Shown: in pieces, positions 11,501 through 22,203 of the stretch
How positions within the stretch are numbered: position 1 is the stretch's first letter
Layout: the number at the start of each line of letters is the position of its first letter
Assembly: GCA_000320545.1 (NCBI GenBank)
Contig: ADNK01001943.1
Coordinates: 1 to 46,499 of the forward strand
DNA from: Bigelowiella natans CCMP2755
Lineage: Eukaryota; Protista; Cercozoa
Direction of reading: 5' to 3'
Length of the DNA stretch: 46,499 nucleotides
The notes under the pieces: model-generated
Told to the model about the DNA's origin: nothing
Databases searched by the model: none
What the model saw: the letters and a program-made list of their open reading frames with translations, nothing else
Translations under genes and position numbers: made by a program

Positions 11501-13535
11501 TCTTGTCCAGTAGCTCCGTTATCTGTCGGATGGTCTTGCCGGGGTTCTTCTTCCGTAGCTCGGTAGGTGTAGGTAGCTTGTTGTCCGCTAGGTCCATAAA
11601 CTCTAACGCATTAACGCTTGACTCAGAGGTCCACTCGTCAAGCCGTATCATGTTCTGGCTGATGGTCCTGCCTGACTTCTTTGGCAACTTAGCAAAGTAT
11701 ATCTTGTGATTGTAGAATGATATGATCCCCCCTAATTTTTCTAGGGCATCCTGTCCGAGGAGTAGTTCCATGGATAAAGTCATGGCTACTCGGGTCTTGA
11801 TTTGGGTCTCCGCGTCGCTGCCAGGTATCTGTAGCTTTAGCATTAGCTCACCGACGGTCTTCATGGAAGAGCTTCCGTCTGCTTGAGCATATTTACGTTC
11901 TTTCTTAGTCACTTGATCCAATAGTCCTAACCTTCTTACTGTGCTTAGGCTTATGAAGGACTTCGGCATGCTGCCACTATCCCAAAGGGCAGGTAGTTTC
12001 TTGTAGTCTCCGTAGCTGTCTTTAACTTTAACCTTGGTCATAGCAACTTTGATAGTCCTGTTAGCGTCTTCGTCATTAATGTTGCATACTCCTAAGTTCT
12101 TTATGTCGTCTAGGGTCATGGGCTTGTCTTGGTCCTGCGTTGCTGGTACTGCTGTCTTCGTCGGCGCCTGCTTAAGGTGATCTAATATTCCGTTTATCTG
12201 CTGCTGTATAGCATTGATACTGTTCTGCTTTTTGTTCTTATATTTATTGTTCTTCCCGTTGTTGCTGCCTTGCCATTTGCTGTTGTTATATCCTTGTCCT
12301 CTGCCTTTCTTTCTCTTTAACTTCTCGTAGTGTTCGTTGAGCTGCCTGATCGTCATCCTGGGTCGTCCTTCTTTCCTGTCTCTGCAGTCTTTAGCGGTGT
12401 GTTTCCCTTTACGTGAGCAGTATCCGCAACGTCGGTTACCTTCCCTGTCCTTGTACCAGTCTCGCTGCGGCTTAATAGCGTTAATGTTTCCTATGCCAGG
12501 TACCTTAGGGCTGGTAAACTTGCGGTCCTGCTCCTGCTCGCGTAGGGATATAGCCTGCACTGCTGCCTCCATCGTGGTGTAGCCTTTCTCCGTAACGTAA
12601 GTGGATTCCTTTATCTTTAACTTGAACTCTTCAAACCTTGCCTGATCATCACCTGTGTTGTAATTAAAATCATGTAGTTCGTCGATCATATCCTGGAAGC
12701 GCGTGGCAAAGTCTCTAACAGGTTCTCTCTCATGCTGCATCATTGCTCTGTATTTTCTAATAGCCTGGGGTAGGGAGTTAGCATCCTGTTCATTTACAAA
12801 AGCCTTCATTATCGCCTCAACGTCTCGTAGCCCACTAACTGTAGTGTGTATTTTCTCTAGCTGCCTGATCCGGGTCCTGCCTGTCTCGTAAAGGTCCATG
12901 GCTTGCTTTATTATAGCTAGCCATTTGAGCTTGTCGTTTTCGGTGGGGTTAGGGGTAAAGTCGCAGAGTATACTCCTAGCGTTCTTCCACCACCTCCTTG
13001 CCTCACCTCTTTTCCCGTTGTATTTCGTTATCATAACCGGTGCTGTTTTAACAGACATGAACTGGGTGTTCCGCTGTACCGGCTGCTGCTGCTTGACGGT
13101 GCTCTGGGTCGTCCCCCGCGAGGCGCCCAGACCCCCGTCGTTCCTAAACAAAGCTGCCCACTCTGGAGGTAAGTCTGCTTCGTAATCCATGATGTCCTGC
13201 ATGATAGCTGCCCAAACATCATGTGTCTGATACTTGTATTCTATCGATACTTTCAGTTTGGCGTAGTTGCTCGCCCTGGGTCGCAAGGCTCGTAATGCCA
13301 TTACGACCTTCTTGCTTTCGGCGGCCACGTCCTCGTCGTCCGCCTCGTAGAAGTTCTCCAGTGCCTCTGCTGCTGCATCTGCTTTCTTAATCCCGGGTGC
13401 TGGTCCCGGCGGTGCCTGTGGAGGTGTTCCTCCTCCTTCCTTAGCGTCCGTATCGCCCTTCCTTTCCTGTTTCTGCTCGTGCCCTTGCACGGCCTGCGAG
13501 CCAAAGTCCTGCTGTTCTTCTAGCTGCTGTGACAT
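8562..13535 (-). CDS. Gag-Pol polyprotein (1657 aa): Gag with zinc knuckle, aspartic protease, RT, RNase H, integrase, SH3/GPY-like domain, C-terminal adenine-MTase-like domain
   Basis: CGYCSRKGKHTAKDC knuckle; ALWDSGS protease; YSSLD...FPYGL...YVDDD RT; LWTDWS...GE...TDHKPL...LADYFSR RNase H; TAHGPAHVG...CRC, IVQIDVY, LHVDNE and SNSKVERLHRTL integrase. Confidence 0.95.
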   Translation of the reverse strand: MSQQLEEQQDFGSQAVQGHEQKQERKGDTDAKEGGGTPPQAPPGPAPGIKKADAAAEALENFYEADDEDVAAESKKVVMALRALRPRASNYAKLKVSIEYKYQTHDVWAAIMQDIMDYEADLPPEWAALFRNDGGLGASRGTTQSTVKQQQPVQRNTQFMSVKTAPVMITKYNGKRGEARRWWKNARSILCDFTPNPTENDKLKWLAIIKQAMDLYETGRTRIRQLEKIHTTVSGLRDVEAIMKAFVNEQDANSLPQAIRKYRAMMQHEREPVRDFATRFQDMIDELHDFNYNTGDDQARFEEFKLKIKESTYVTEKGYTTMEAAVQAISLREQEQDRKFTSPKVPGIGNINAIKPQRDWYKDREGNRRCGYCSRKGKHTAKDCRDRKEGRPRMTIRQLNEHYEKLKRKKGRGQGYNNSKWQGSNNGKNNKYKNKKQNSINAIQQQINGILDHLKQAPTKTAVPATQDQDKPMTLDDIKNLGVCNINDEDANRTIKVAMTKVKVKDSYGDYKKLPALWDSGSMPKSFISLSTVRRLGLLDQVTKKERKYAQADGSSSMKTVGELMLKLQIPGSDAETQIKTRVAMTLSMELLLGQDALEKLGGIISFYNHKIYFAKLPKKSGRTISQNMIRLDEWTSESSVNALEFMDLADNKLPTPTELRKKNPGKTIRQITELLDKTPPADDWDIDKGKKYINKILNEKYSDITKPTTKPSSKLTPVKIELKKGYEECIINDPEHRRPEADWEKIEWQINEWAKEGKIEPSNSPWNVRHVLAKKPTYPFFRLAHNFIRHNRVIKRIQTPTPRIDDVIEHVIGYKYYSSLDKNESYMQTPIHKTSRPITAFSSRHRKWHFVVFPYGLSISGDAFSSQNYRAYTHDGMASVLWVFVFVYVDDDIICTNTVVAQIFLLENIFIRFAHFGFTIRLQKCTFLATRIKWCGYYLEQGRITPNPEKVAALQQAPKPKNAKELKSFLQTAAWILRRFSPTYARTAAAFTTAYRKENSVGLSFAKVWAKAGLDAHFDNLIKLCSNTLLNAKLDTTRPATLWTDWSKLGMAAVLTQDQQIIRVWGRACTAAEAKYSPTKGEYKAMTEAQRKLRYYLLSVPSFTLMTDHKPLLGIDRKLEAPNDEYAAMRADTEEFRDKRTVVYAPGDKQLADYFSRLFEKKVPTQVTPMVNAITFEDGDFLPEPEELQHLQEHLDKYKHKHEVLSDRIYVYTNNVRRTYVPRRTRGALLFTAHGPAHVGENHITALLYHYYWPYKLKEIRTYLRGCRCSSLKAAGVATKESSKSRASKKIKARNFLDIVQIDVYKYDGYHYLTFVDVATGKCWVKKIIKVNVAKKNKGLYKQRLTNCYRTWESELQAIPDEVSINKIPKKLHVDNETSLLQLPHPNIDASPVYYAQSNSKVERLHRTLANLSRINSTTPDKIQGLVNDTFTSGGGIKDKEREEGDDNDDDTESEDEKVPYDGRVLKEGQYVRAKVNLRSRNKQDPFWGGVAKVTERKGRKQYYIYDGNRVTLRHISHLKNYDIGEKLLEDVKVNPTVWERAMPCLGPRPKFDVEYGNNKVRVNDDWRMKIVYLGYPGLRNMERVAMKIKDGKYQLLYLAVPDLPFEHWYKVLGDLDAEGWYGHEPKDEGEFWVSDKGDKVREESITWWLVKFRKR

Positions 13536-13546
13536 TGTTAGTCAAA

Positions 13547-13569
13547 TCGTTTCCCGTGTGTGGAAGCCA
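13547..13569 (-). promoter_or_regulatory. Primer-binding site (tRNA 3'-end complement)
   Basis: Minus strand TGGCTTCCACACACGGGAAACGA begins 5 nt after the 5' LTR and is complementary to a tRNA-like 3' end ...TGTGGAA-G-CCA. Primer identity not determined. Confidence 0.75.
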
Positions 13570-13574
13570 AAGGT

Positions 13575-13900
13575 TGTTGCGCGTAAGGTGTTCACAGGCC
13601 GAGGCGCTACGTGCACAAGTAGGCAGGGGGGGGGAAAGGCACGTTTGCTTCCTTTTGAAGAGTTGTGTTTATTTTTATTAAAGATTATATTTTTATTAAA
13701 TCGTGCACTGCGTAATCATTCGCGAAGCTTTCGCGAATGCCGCCGCACGTGGGGCAGCACACTTCCGGTGTGCTGCCATGAGTCCCGCCGGAACCCACGT
13801 GCCTATGCTGTATTAATATCTACGTTATCTATATTCTATATCCGCGACAACCCCTTTGTTGTCGCACGTGACTTGTGCCCGCGTAGTGGTACGCGCTACA
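13575..13900 (-). repeat. 5' LTR (326 bp)
   Basis: Direct repeat of 8185-8510, followed on the minus strand by the PBS and the gag ATG. Confidence 0.97.
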
Positions 13901-14381
13901 GATTGAAGTGCTGAACAGGGTCAAAGGGAGGGTTAGGAAACGGTCGGGGAGTGGACCAGAGCGAAGTGGACAAGAGCAAAAGAGGGAGAGGCAGAAGAAG
14001 GAAGATCCCGGATCTGACTTTTGTAGCCTTCATGGCTCTAAGGACCAGCCAGTTGAATTGAAGAGAGAGGAGGAGGGCAAGTGGTTTGCACACAAATGAA
14101 TTGGGAATTTAGGCATGAGCTGATGAGTTGAGTTTTTTTAGAGCACCTCTTCTCATGTCGCTCTTGCTCAACACAGACGATTAGAGATAGCGAGACAAAA
14201 CCATACATTCGCATTGCCGAGAAGGTTTGCGACATGTCGCAACTAGATCTACCAGTTATTGTCTGTCGCACACATGATGTGGTCTGCATTGAGGAATGTG
14301 TTTGACCATTTTTCCTTGTCGTTCAAGTGTTTTCGGCGGTAGAGAAAGACGAAAAGCTTGCTCTCTCGAGGCAGAGAAAGC

Positions 14382-16453
14382 ATGTCCTCCTATCCACCGT
14401 CTTCCATCCTTTTCCGCGTGTTGGCCATTGCCACCATAGCAGCAGAAGCATGGGCACTGAATCTGGAGCCAACCATAGGAATTTTAGCTCAACCGCGTGC
14501 GGGATTGAAAGGTTCCTACATCGCAGCAAGTTATATAAAGTTTGTGGAGAGTGCAGGGGCAAGAGCGGTGCCAATTCAGTACGACCTCCCCGAGGCCGAT
14601 CTTAGGTACATATCAATCAAAACGAATTGAAATCATTTCGAACGGAGATGGTCTTGATCATCTGACTATTTCTTCACTTGATTAGGAAAATGTTTCAATC
14701 TGTCAACGGCATCCTGTTCCCTGGGGGGGGGGCAAACCTTGCCAACACAACCACATATGCGAAGACATCCAAATTGTTTATCGACCTTGCAATCCAGGCT
14801 AAGAATGAGGTGTATCAAATTAAGTGTCAAAACTGAGCGCAAAGGGAGTCGTTGGCCATCGTTTGCTTATCTTAATCATCTTGCTCCTCCTCCTCCTCCT
14901 CCTCCTCCTCCTCCTCCTCCACTATCTCCTCTTGATTGTAACGTAACTAACCAACTTCATTTTTAGGGCGACCACTTTCCAATCTGGGCTACTTGCCTGG
15001 GTTTTGAATCGCTCGCCATGATCATTGCAGAGGTGAGGGATGCATGTGCAAAACAGCAACACATGAGAAAAGGATTGGAATTTTGAGCGAAGTATCAACG
15101 AATAAGAACATTGCACATGATAACAGCAACCATATACCTGGGGCATTCTCCATGCCATTTTCTCAGTACGCATTCAGTGCAGACCATATCCTCGAACGCC
15201 TGCTTTTCGGCAGGCTCTTGGTGTCATACATCTTTTCACGCCCTCCCCCCCCCCCCCCCCCCCTGGTGGAACATCATGCAGGATGATTCCGTCCTTTGCT
15301 CCGGCTGCTTCGATACTGAAGGCATAGCCTTGCCGTTGGACTTCACCGAAAACGCCGCGAGTAGCCGTATGTTCGGGCAGCTTCCGAAGCCATTGTTTGA
15401 TGCGATCAGCACGAAGAATACGACAGAAAACTCTCATCGAAGTGGCGTCACCCCTGACGGTAGTCAAAATGAATAGTTGCAAAAACATGAATAGCGTATC
15501 CATGGTATTGTAATAAGCATTTTTCCAGCTATGGAAGATCTAGGATTCTTTTCCTTTCTCCCTCCCTCTCTCCCTCTCTGTCTCTCGATCCATCTTTTTG
15601 TGTGTGCGTGTATCCCAACGTGTTCGTGTCTATCTACCGACCTACTTAGAATTTGGGGCGGGAACCAAGTTGGGGAAGTTTTTCAGTGTCCTCTCTACAA
15701 ACCGCGACTCAAAGGGCCATGAGGTGCAGCTTGCAGCTACGAGCATCACGATATTGCTTTAATTCACGGCCATGCTGCGACGGATTATCACAACTAAAAA
15801 CACGTGACGAGAAAATACACCTTGTTTTTACCCGAGTTAATGGGCAATGCGTGATTTCTTTTTATCATTTGGTATTCGGCATTTGTCTCTGTGCGTAGTT
15901 TGTGTCTAGCATTGAAGCCAATTCCTACCCAATCTACGGAACTCAATGGCACCCTGAGAAGGTAGCACCCTTGCTACTGACGATGCTGATGCTGATGCTG
16001 ATGCTGATGCTGATGCTGATGAAAGTGGTGATGGTAGATGGTAGTTTTGAGGTTGGGGAGGTTGGCATGCAAGTTCTACCTTTCGGCTGGCGCCCAGCCA
16101 TTGTAACTCAGAGGCGTGATAACCCTCAGGCAAACTTCGAGTGGAATTCTGCTGCGATTCCGCATCTTCCAGAATCCATCTTGGTGAGATGGCGGTGTGC
16201 ATGCGTGTATGCATGAGTGCGTATTTGTGTGTGTGTGTGTGTGTGAGTGAGTGTGTGCGCGCGCGCGCGCGATTCGGAATTTCGTGCTCTGACTCCTGTC
16301 CCGAACAACATCCTTCCACCTACACAGCTTTCGCAATCAATGGCGAATTTGGTCGTTGGGGAATCACGCAAGAACGACCACCACTTCGAGTCGCAGCAGG
16401 AGGAAGACAAGGCTCTGATATACAACTACCAGGCGATCAAGTAAGCTGGAGAC

Positions 16454-16500
<47 letters not shown>

Positions 16501-16796
16501 CGTCTCCCTTTTTTTATCCGCGCGCGTGTACACGCATAAATGCAAACAAACCTAAGTACATTTTCAATTAATTATTTTGAGCTGTTACTACTGTGCACCA
16601 GCCATCGCGAAAACACATCCAAACTCTTTTTGTTTCAATATTTTGTTCGACGAGGCCACCAGCTACTTGCCCGTTCTCATCCATTTCTGATATTTTTTCC
16701 TTCCTCAGGGATCCTACCGGATACTTCGTGCAAATCTATAAGTTTCCACCGGGTACTGCAAATGACTACGAGGACGTAGCTGTCTTCTCGAGCTGA
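14382..16796 (+). CDS. GGH: Gamma-glutamyl hydrolase (peptidase C26), signal peptide, 9 exons
   Basis: Spliced product contains [53 protein letters not shown] (catalytic Cys), [16 protein letters not shown] (catalytic His) and ESRKNDHHF...ALIYNY. All introns are GT-AG. Confidence 0.95.
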
Positions 16797-16999
16797 TAAT
16801 AATGTGCGAGGTCGCAGCTGCGAGAAATACAATCATTATTGCTTCCTGGCGATCCGTTGCGGCATGCGTAGTTGGTAATCAGTCGTTTGGGCGGTATCGT
16901 ACTACGGTCGTTCGCTTGCTGCGCTATTGATTGATAAATGGGTACATCGCATGTCAATGTACTTGCATATATGCAGCAGTAGAACAACTCGTGGGATGT

Positions 17000-18050
17000 G
17001 AGCACATTAGAAACATGCTAGCATGGTCTGAAATGAGACCAGCTCTAGATGGAGCTATGTGCGGCAATTGCAATCATGTTGCTGGAAGAATTGTATAATT
17101 GTATTGGTCGCGTGCGATCGATGGATGATAAGCTTAGCAACAAGCTCCTGTCTACTAGTCTAGACTGTCTAGCTGTGCGCACTCGCTAGCTCTAGAGCTC
17201 CAGAGCTGCTAACACTGAGCACACGCAATAATGGACACCTTCTAGTCTTGCTAGCTCGACATGTCTAGCTAGCTAACTAGTGCATGAACATACTAGCATG
17301 TAGCTAGCTAGCAGCTAGCTTAGTGCAATAGGCCTCGCGACTCATGACGATGCGGGCATCGCGCCACGTGTGCAGCTAGACAGGCTAGTAGGCCATATAT
17401 ATATGAGACGGCTACATTAGGATGACCATTGAAAAAAATTTAAACATTTCATTACATCCGTCTCATATATATGAGACGGATGTAATGAAATGTTTAAATT
17501 TTTTCAATGTATATATACATCTAGCTGTTCAACTCATGCAAGCTAGATCTCTAGCTAGAGCTAGCTAGCCAGCTGTGCGTCGTCGACGTGATCGATGTTG
17601 CGCAGACGCACTGCCATGTAGCAGCCAGACTAGCTCATTTGCGCTGCACAATAGTTTGTGCGCATTGCAGCGCGGCACTGCTAGACTGTGCACAGCATTA
17701 TGCCCCACATTTCATTTCCCAACTGCAATCAGCAGCAAATGAATTTCCAAAAAGTCGCAACATGAAAATTTGCCCACTGACGACCTACTGCTGAACTGGA
17801 ATGCTAGAATGAAGGAGAAAACAAAAATTTGGGGGGAAATTGATTCGACGAAACCGAAAATCCAGAAAAAGCTCGAAATGAAAAAAAAATGTCGAAGCGA
17901 TGTCGTCAACGATGCACGATTTCGCATGCCGATGTCACTTCATTTTCCAAGCAGGAAGGCATTTCGTAGGTGCGAAATGCGACATCGTAGTGCCATCATG
18001 GCAGACGGCTACTTCGGCCCAAAGACCTTCTTTTCATTAGCTACATTAGG
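17000..18050. other. Partially TpA-depleted, CTAG-rich intergenic tract between convergent genes
   Basis: Surviving TA sites are mostly in CTAG, TAG or CTA contexts (e.g. agctagatctctagctagagctagctagcc at ~17541), apart from the intact mini-element at 17404-17509. Confidence 0.65.
17404..17509. repeat. Tiny TIR element (TGAGACGG...CCGTCTCA, ~62 bp) in (TA)n plus an inverted partial copy, forming an ~83-bp palindrome; family members at 18040-18092 and 28714-28871
   Basis: The shared core GGCTACATTAGGATGACCATTGAAAA...CATTACATCCGTCTCA is seen in all copies. 17427-17509 is palindromic with one indel. Confidence 0.8.
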
Positions 18051-18246
18051 ATGTTCATGAAAAGATTTAATTAATTCATTACATCTGTCTCATGATTAGA
18101 CATGACATCGCTCGCCTTCTCATGAAAATACGCCCATACAAAAAACATTCAAACGGCTGTTCCTTACGTCTGAACGCGTTGTATATGCTACATTAAGAGG
18201 CTTTAAGCTAAATAGTGGATGATTATGCACACTGTACGTCTAGCCC

Positions 18247-18570
18247 TTAAATGATCGGGTCACTATTAACAATTTTGGTTTCTCCCAATTCAAACATGCC
18301 ACTTCTCATCGGATTAGAATTCTGAATGTACAAGGAGATCGAGCAAACGAAATGGTCAATGAATTTTGTGCTTATTTCATTTTAATCATTCATGAAAATA
18401 GCAACGCACCTGCGAGTCGGTTGTTATATTTAATCCTGACACTTTCCCCAGCTCAATGCTAGGGTTTGTATCTATGACCTGATTTTCAAAACGAAAAGTC
18501 AAAAGTGCACAACCTCACACTGTCTACAGGGAACGTGAAGAATGTGGCCAGATTTATATATCATATGCTG

Positions 18571-18612
<42 letters not shown>

Positions 18613-20227
18613 TATATACTGTGTCTATAAAGCACATACAGCAAGAGAAAATGGCCACGATTAACCGTGACTAGCGAAAACTTACGTCGACGATCTGTCC
18701 TTCAGCCATAACCATCGCCCTCTTTTTCTTTTCCGCAGCTTGTGTTTTCTTTCTTCGGCGCCGACAGCACACGAAAAGAATCTACGAGTGATCAAAACAT
18801 TGTGCTCATCACAAATCACAAAACTGAGATTGGAAATTCTATTATTGCACGCCTAAACTTACCAGACAGCAACACAGGAGTCCCAACACCCCGGCAATCG
18901 CAGCGATGAGGAGGAGGAGGTTTCCGCCAGGGCCACTCTGAACAATGGATGCGGACAATTGATTTAAAATACTTACTTTCAGAACGACAAGTTGTCAACG
19001 AATCCCGCAGCTTTGAGAAAGGGAAATGCATAGGTAGTGAGTAAACATTTTATTTGTCCTATCGTGGTAAGTGCGCAACAACCCCGCCACCCACTGCAAC
19101 CACTGGAATCTCCGGTTCTGTGGGGCTTGAAGTAGGGCTCGCACTTGGCAGTCGGGGAGAAACGTTGGGTGGATTGGAGGGTCCTCCGCCTCCGCGACGC
19201 CTACTGGGGCTGCTGGTCGGGGCGGTAGAAGGAGCTGATGACGGTGAATCAGTTGGTGAAAAAGATGAAGTCATGGACGGAGCGCCGGTGGGAGAGACAG
19301 AAGGAGTCATCGACGGAGCACTGGTGGGAGAGACAGAAGGAGTCATCGACGGAGCACTGGTGGGAGACACAGAAGGAGTCATCGACGGAGCACTGGTGGG
19401 AGACACAGAAGGAGTCATCGACGGAGCACTGGTGGGAGAGACAGAAGGAGTCATCGACGGAGCACTGGTGGGAGACACAGAGGGGCACTTGCTCGGGCCA
19501 TGACTTGGGGCGTTAGTGGGAGACAACGATGGATGGGTGCTGGGGTTTCTGCTTGGTGCCATGGTCATTTTGGTGGGTGAACAGGAGGGGGCAATCGTGG
19601 GGTTGACTGTAGCAGTCGGCATATAGGTTCCTTGATGCGGGTTGAGCGTGTGGGGAGATTCTGTCGGGTGTGCGCTTGTCGGGGTCATTGTTGGCCCTGA
19701 AGTCGGAGTCGAGCTGGGGCTGCAGCTGGGAGATGTACTTGGCCCCGATGTTGGACCTGAGGTTGGGGAGGTGGTCGGGCTCCCACTCGGGGTGGATGTG
19801 GGGCCTGCAGTTCCCGGAGAAGCAGTCGGGGTAGAACTGGGACTGCGACTGGGAGATGTACTCGGGGCAGATGTAGGCCCTGAGGTTGCTGGGGAGGTGG
19901 TCGGGCTGCCGCTGGGGCTGAAACTTGGAGACATCGAAGGCATCAAAGACGGTGCTTGCGAAGGCGTCCGTGAAGATGGAGATGTCGTCGGGCTCAGTGT
20001 TATGCAAGTGCCGTACTTGACCTTGAAGTATTGCAGCACCTCGGTCACTTCAGTGTCCTCCAGGGGACGAGAATAGACTATGACTTCTGGTATCTCGCCA
20101 ACAGTCCAACTAAGTATAGAACCAGATTCAAATTGGAAATTTGTTTTGATTTTGAATTTGTGAAGTTTTTATTCGGTATCGAATGTCAATTAAGGTAAGA
20201 ATCTGTATAAAAATTAGGCAGAGAAAA

Positions 20228-20302
<75 letters not shown>

Positions 20303-22161
20303 TTACCGTTCACCGGATGTTCGCATATAATCCTTCGCCTGTGCCCCAATTGTAAATGGAATATTCAAGTCCATGGTAGTAGAATTGATCGTCCCGCTGG
20401 CCACGTCCGGGCCTAAAACACATAATTTGGACTAAGTGCGTACACACTCACACACACAATATATATATATATATATATATATGTAAGTAGGGTTTGACGG
20501 TAAGTTAGTCCTGTGGAGAGTTTCATAATGGTGTAAGTTTACTTCGAATGTAATCACAGATGCCGAAATGAAAAGTCTGATCCGTCTCGTTAACTCTTAT
20601 GTACACAACCCAACTGCTCAATGCATCGATATTAGTAGAAACTCCACCGGGATACCTAAATAATAATGATAGCATGGATATTGGTAGCGATCGGCGTGAA
20701 ATAGGCATCACGTATTCCCTCATGACTACGAAGATACAGAGCAGAGATTCATAAACAAAAGCGAACTATGGTGTTGGTGTCAATTTTTCGTGAAATGCCT
20801 GACATGTCTGGAGTGTATCCACGTAAACCGTTTCGCCCCGCTTTTTCAATGCCCCACCCTGAAAAATGACAAAGAACGAAGGCTGTCAGGTTGCATTTTT
20901 CGAAGGGAAAGCATGCATAAATAGTGGAAACTTAGAGGTTTGCAGAAGGTCAAATCAAACTTACGACATATGTCTTTCTCACCTTTATCAGAATAATACC
21001 CTCGGTCAATAGGAAACCAATCGCGGGTTGCATTGTTAATTACCACAAATGCCGTGAGACCGTCCTGGCCTGCAAGAAGTTCATCTTTCCAGCTATCGAT
21101 TCCCTGCAAAGATAAGTTTTTATTCGATAAAATGCGAGCACATAATAAGTCCTTAAAAACAACATTTAAGACAGAAATGTGAAATAGCGCTTGGGTGAGT
21201 GCAGTCAGGTCGCGCTTGAGGTGGTTGGAAGTTAAATCCACAGAGAAGGTGGAAAACACACACACACACACACACACACAAACAAATCTAAATTACAGCA
21301 TGTTTGGTACGAAAGTTATTTAATTTAGTACGAAAGTTATATGTGCTTCATTCGCGGAAATAAATAACAATGAGAAAATATTTAACCTCCATTTGTCTCT
21401 ACATATTTTAAACAGTCAATTTTTGTTGGAATTTAATTTATCATACCGTCAAGCGTCTCCCAGGATTTCCGAATTGAAGGGTCTTGTGCCCGTTCATAGC
21501 ATTTGCTTTCAATCTAGGCATGAGTATTGAGTCCGACTGATTTACATGGTGGTTGTTGCCTATGCGACATAAGTATTTGACAGCCATATCATATTTATTG
21601 ATATTAACCAGAAACAGGTGGTAAGGTAAGGTATTAGGCTTATAAAACCTGAAGAATCCATCCAAAAGCTGACGTTCGATCCTAAGATCAAGAGTACATT
21701 TATTCATCATTCTCTGCACGATGATGATAAGGATGATGATGGTGATGATGGAGATTTAATAAGGGGAAATGGAGGATAAGGATTTGATAACCATCGGGAT
21801 CTTGTATAGTGTCAGCTATATACCAGGCTTCCAGTCCATCCTTTCAAAAAGGGGAACAATCGGTTTCATCTTTAGCATTCACATTCATTCTCCCCTCCCC
21901 GCTTTCTCCCTCTCTTAACAGTTGCGGTGCTGGCTTTGTCATCGACATAGTATGAAAAAGTTATAAACGATCTTCTTGGAATAACCCACCCCTGGAATAA
22001 CTGTCGGAGCCCTTGTTGCGACACTTGGCGCACTCGTTGGCATCATTGATGGCGCGGAGCTCGGCCTCGTTGGCATCATTGATGGCGCGGAGCTCGGCAT
22101 ATTAGTCGGTCCTGGAGTTTCCGCGCTATACAGCATCAATCAAAACAAACAAGAATATTAC

Positions 22162-22203
<42 letters not shown>

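Larger units (their letters stand above)
8185..13900 (-). mobile_element. Full-length Ty3/Gypsy LTR retrotransposon, 5716 bp, recent insertion
   Basis: Two 326-bp direct repeats with TG...CA ends. 4-bp target-site duplication GATT (8181-8184 and 13901-13904). PBS and PPT present. Uninterrupted gag-pol ORF with domain order PR-RT-RH-IN. Confidence 0.97.

Noticed and set aside
19277-19481. 36-bp repeats resembling a CRISPR array
   Set aside because: No unique spacers, the units are in-frame Pro/Thr/Ser coding repeats, and the context is eukaryotic with no cas genes.
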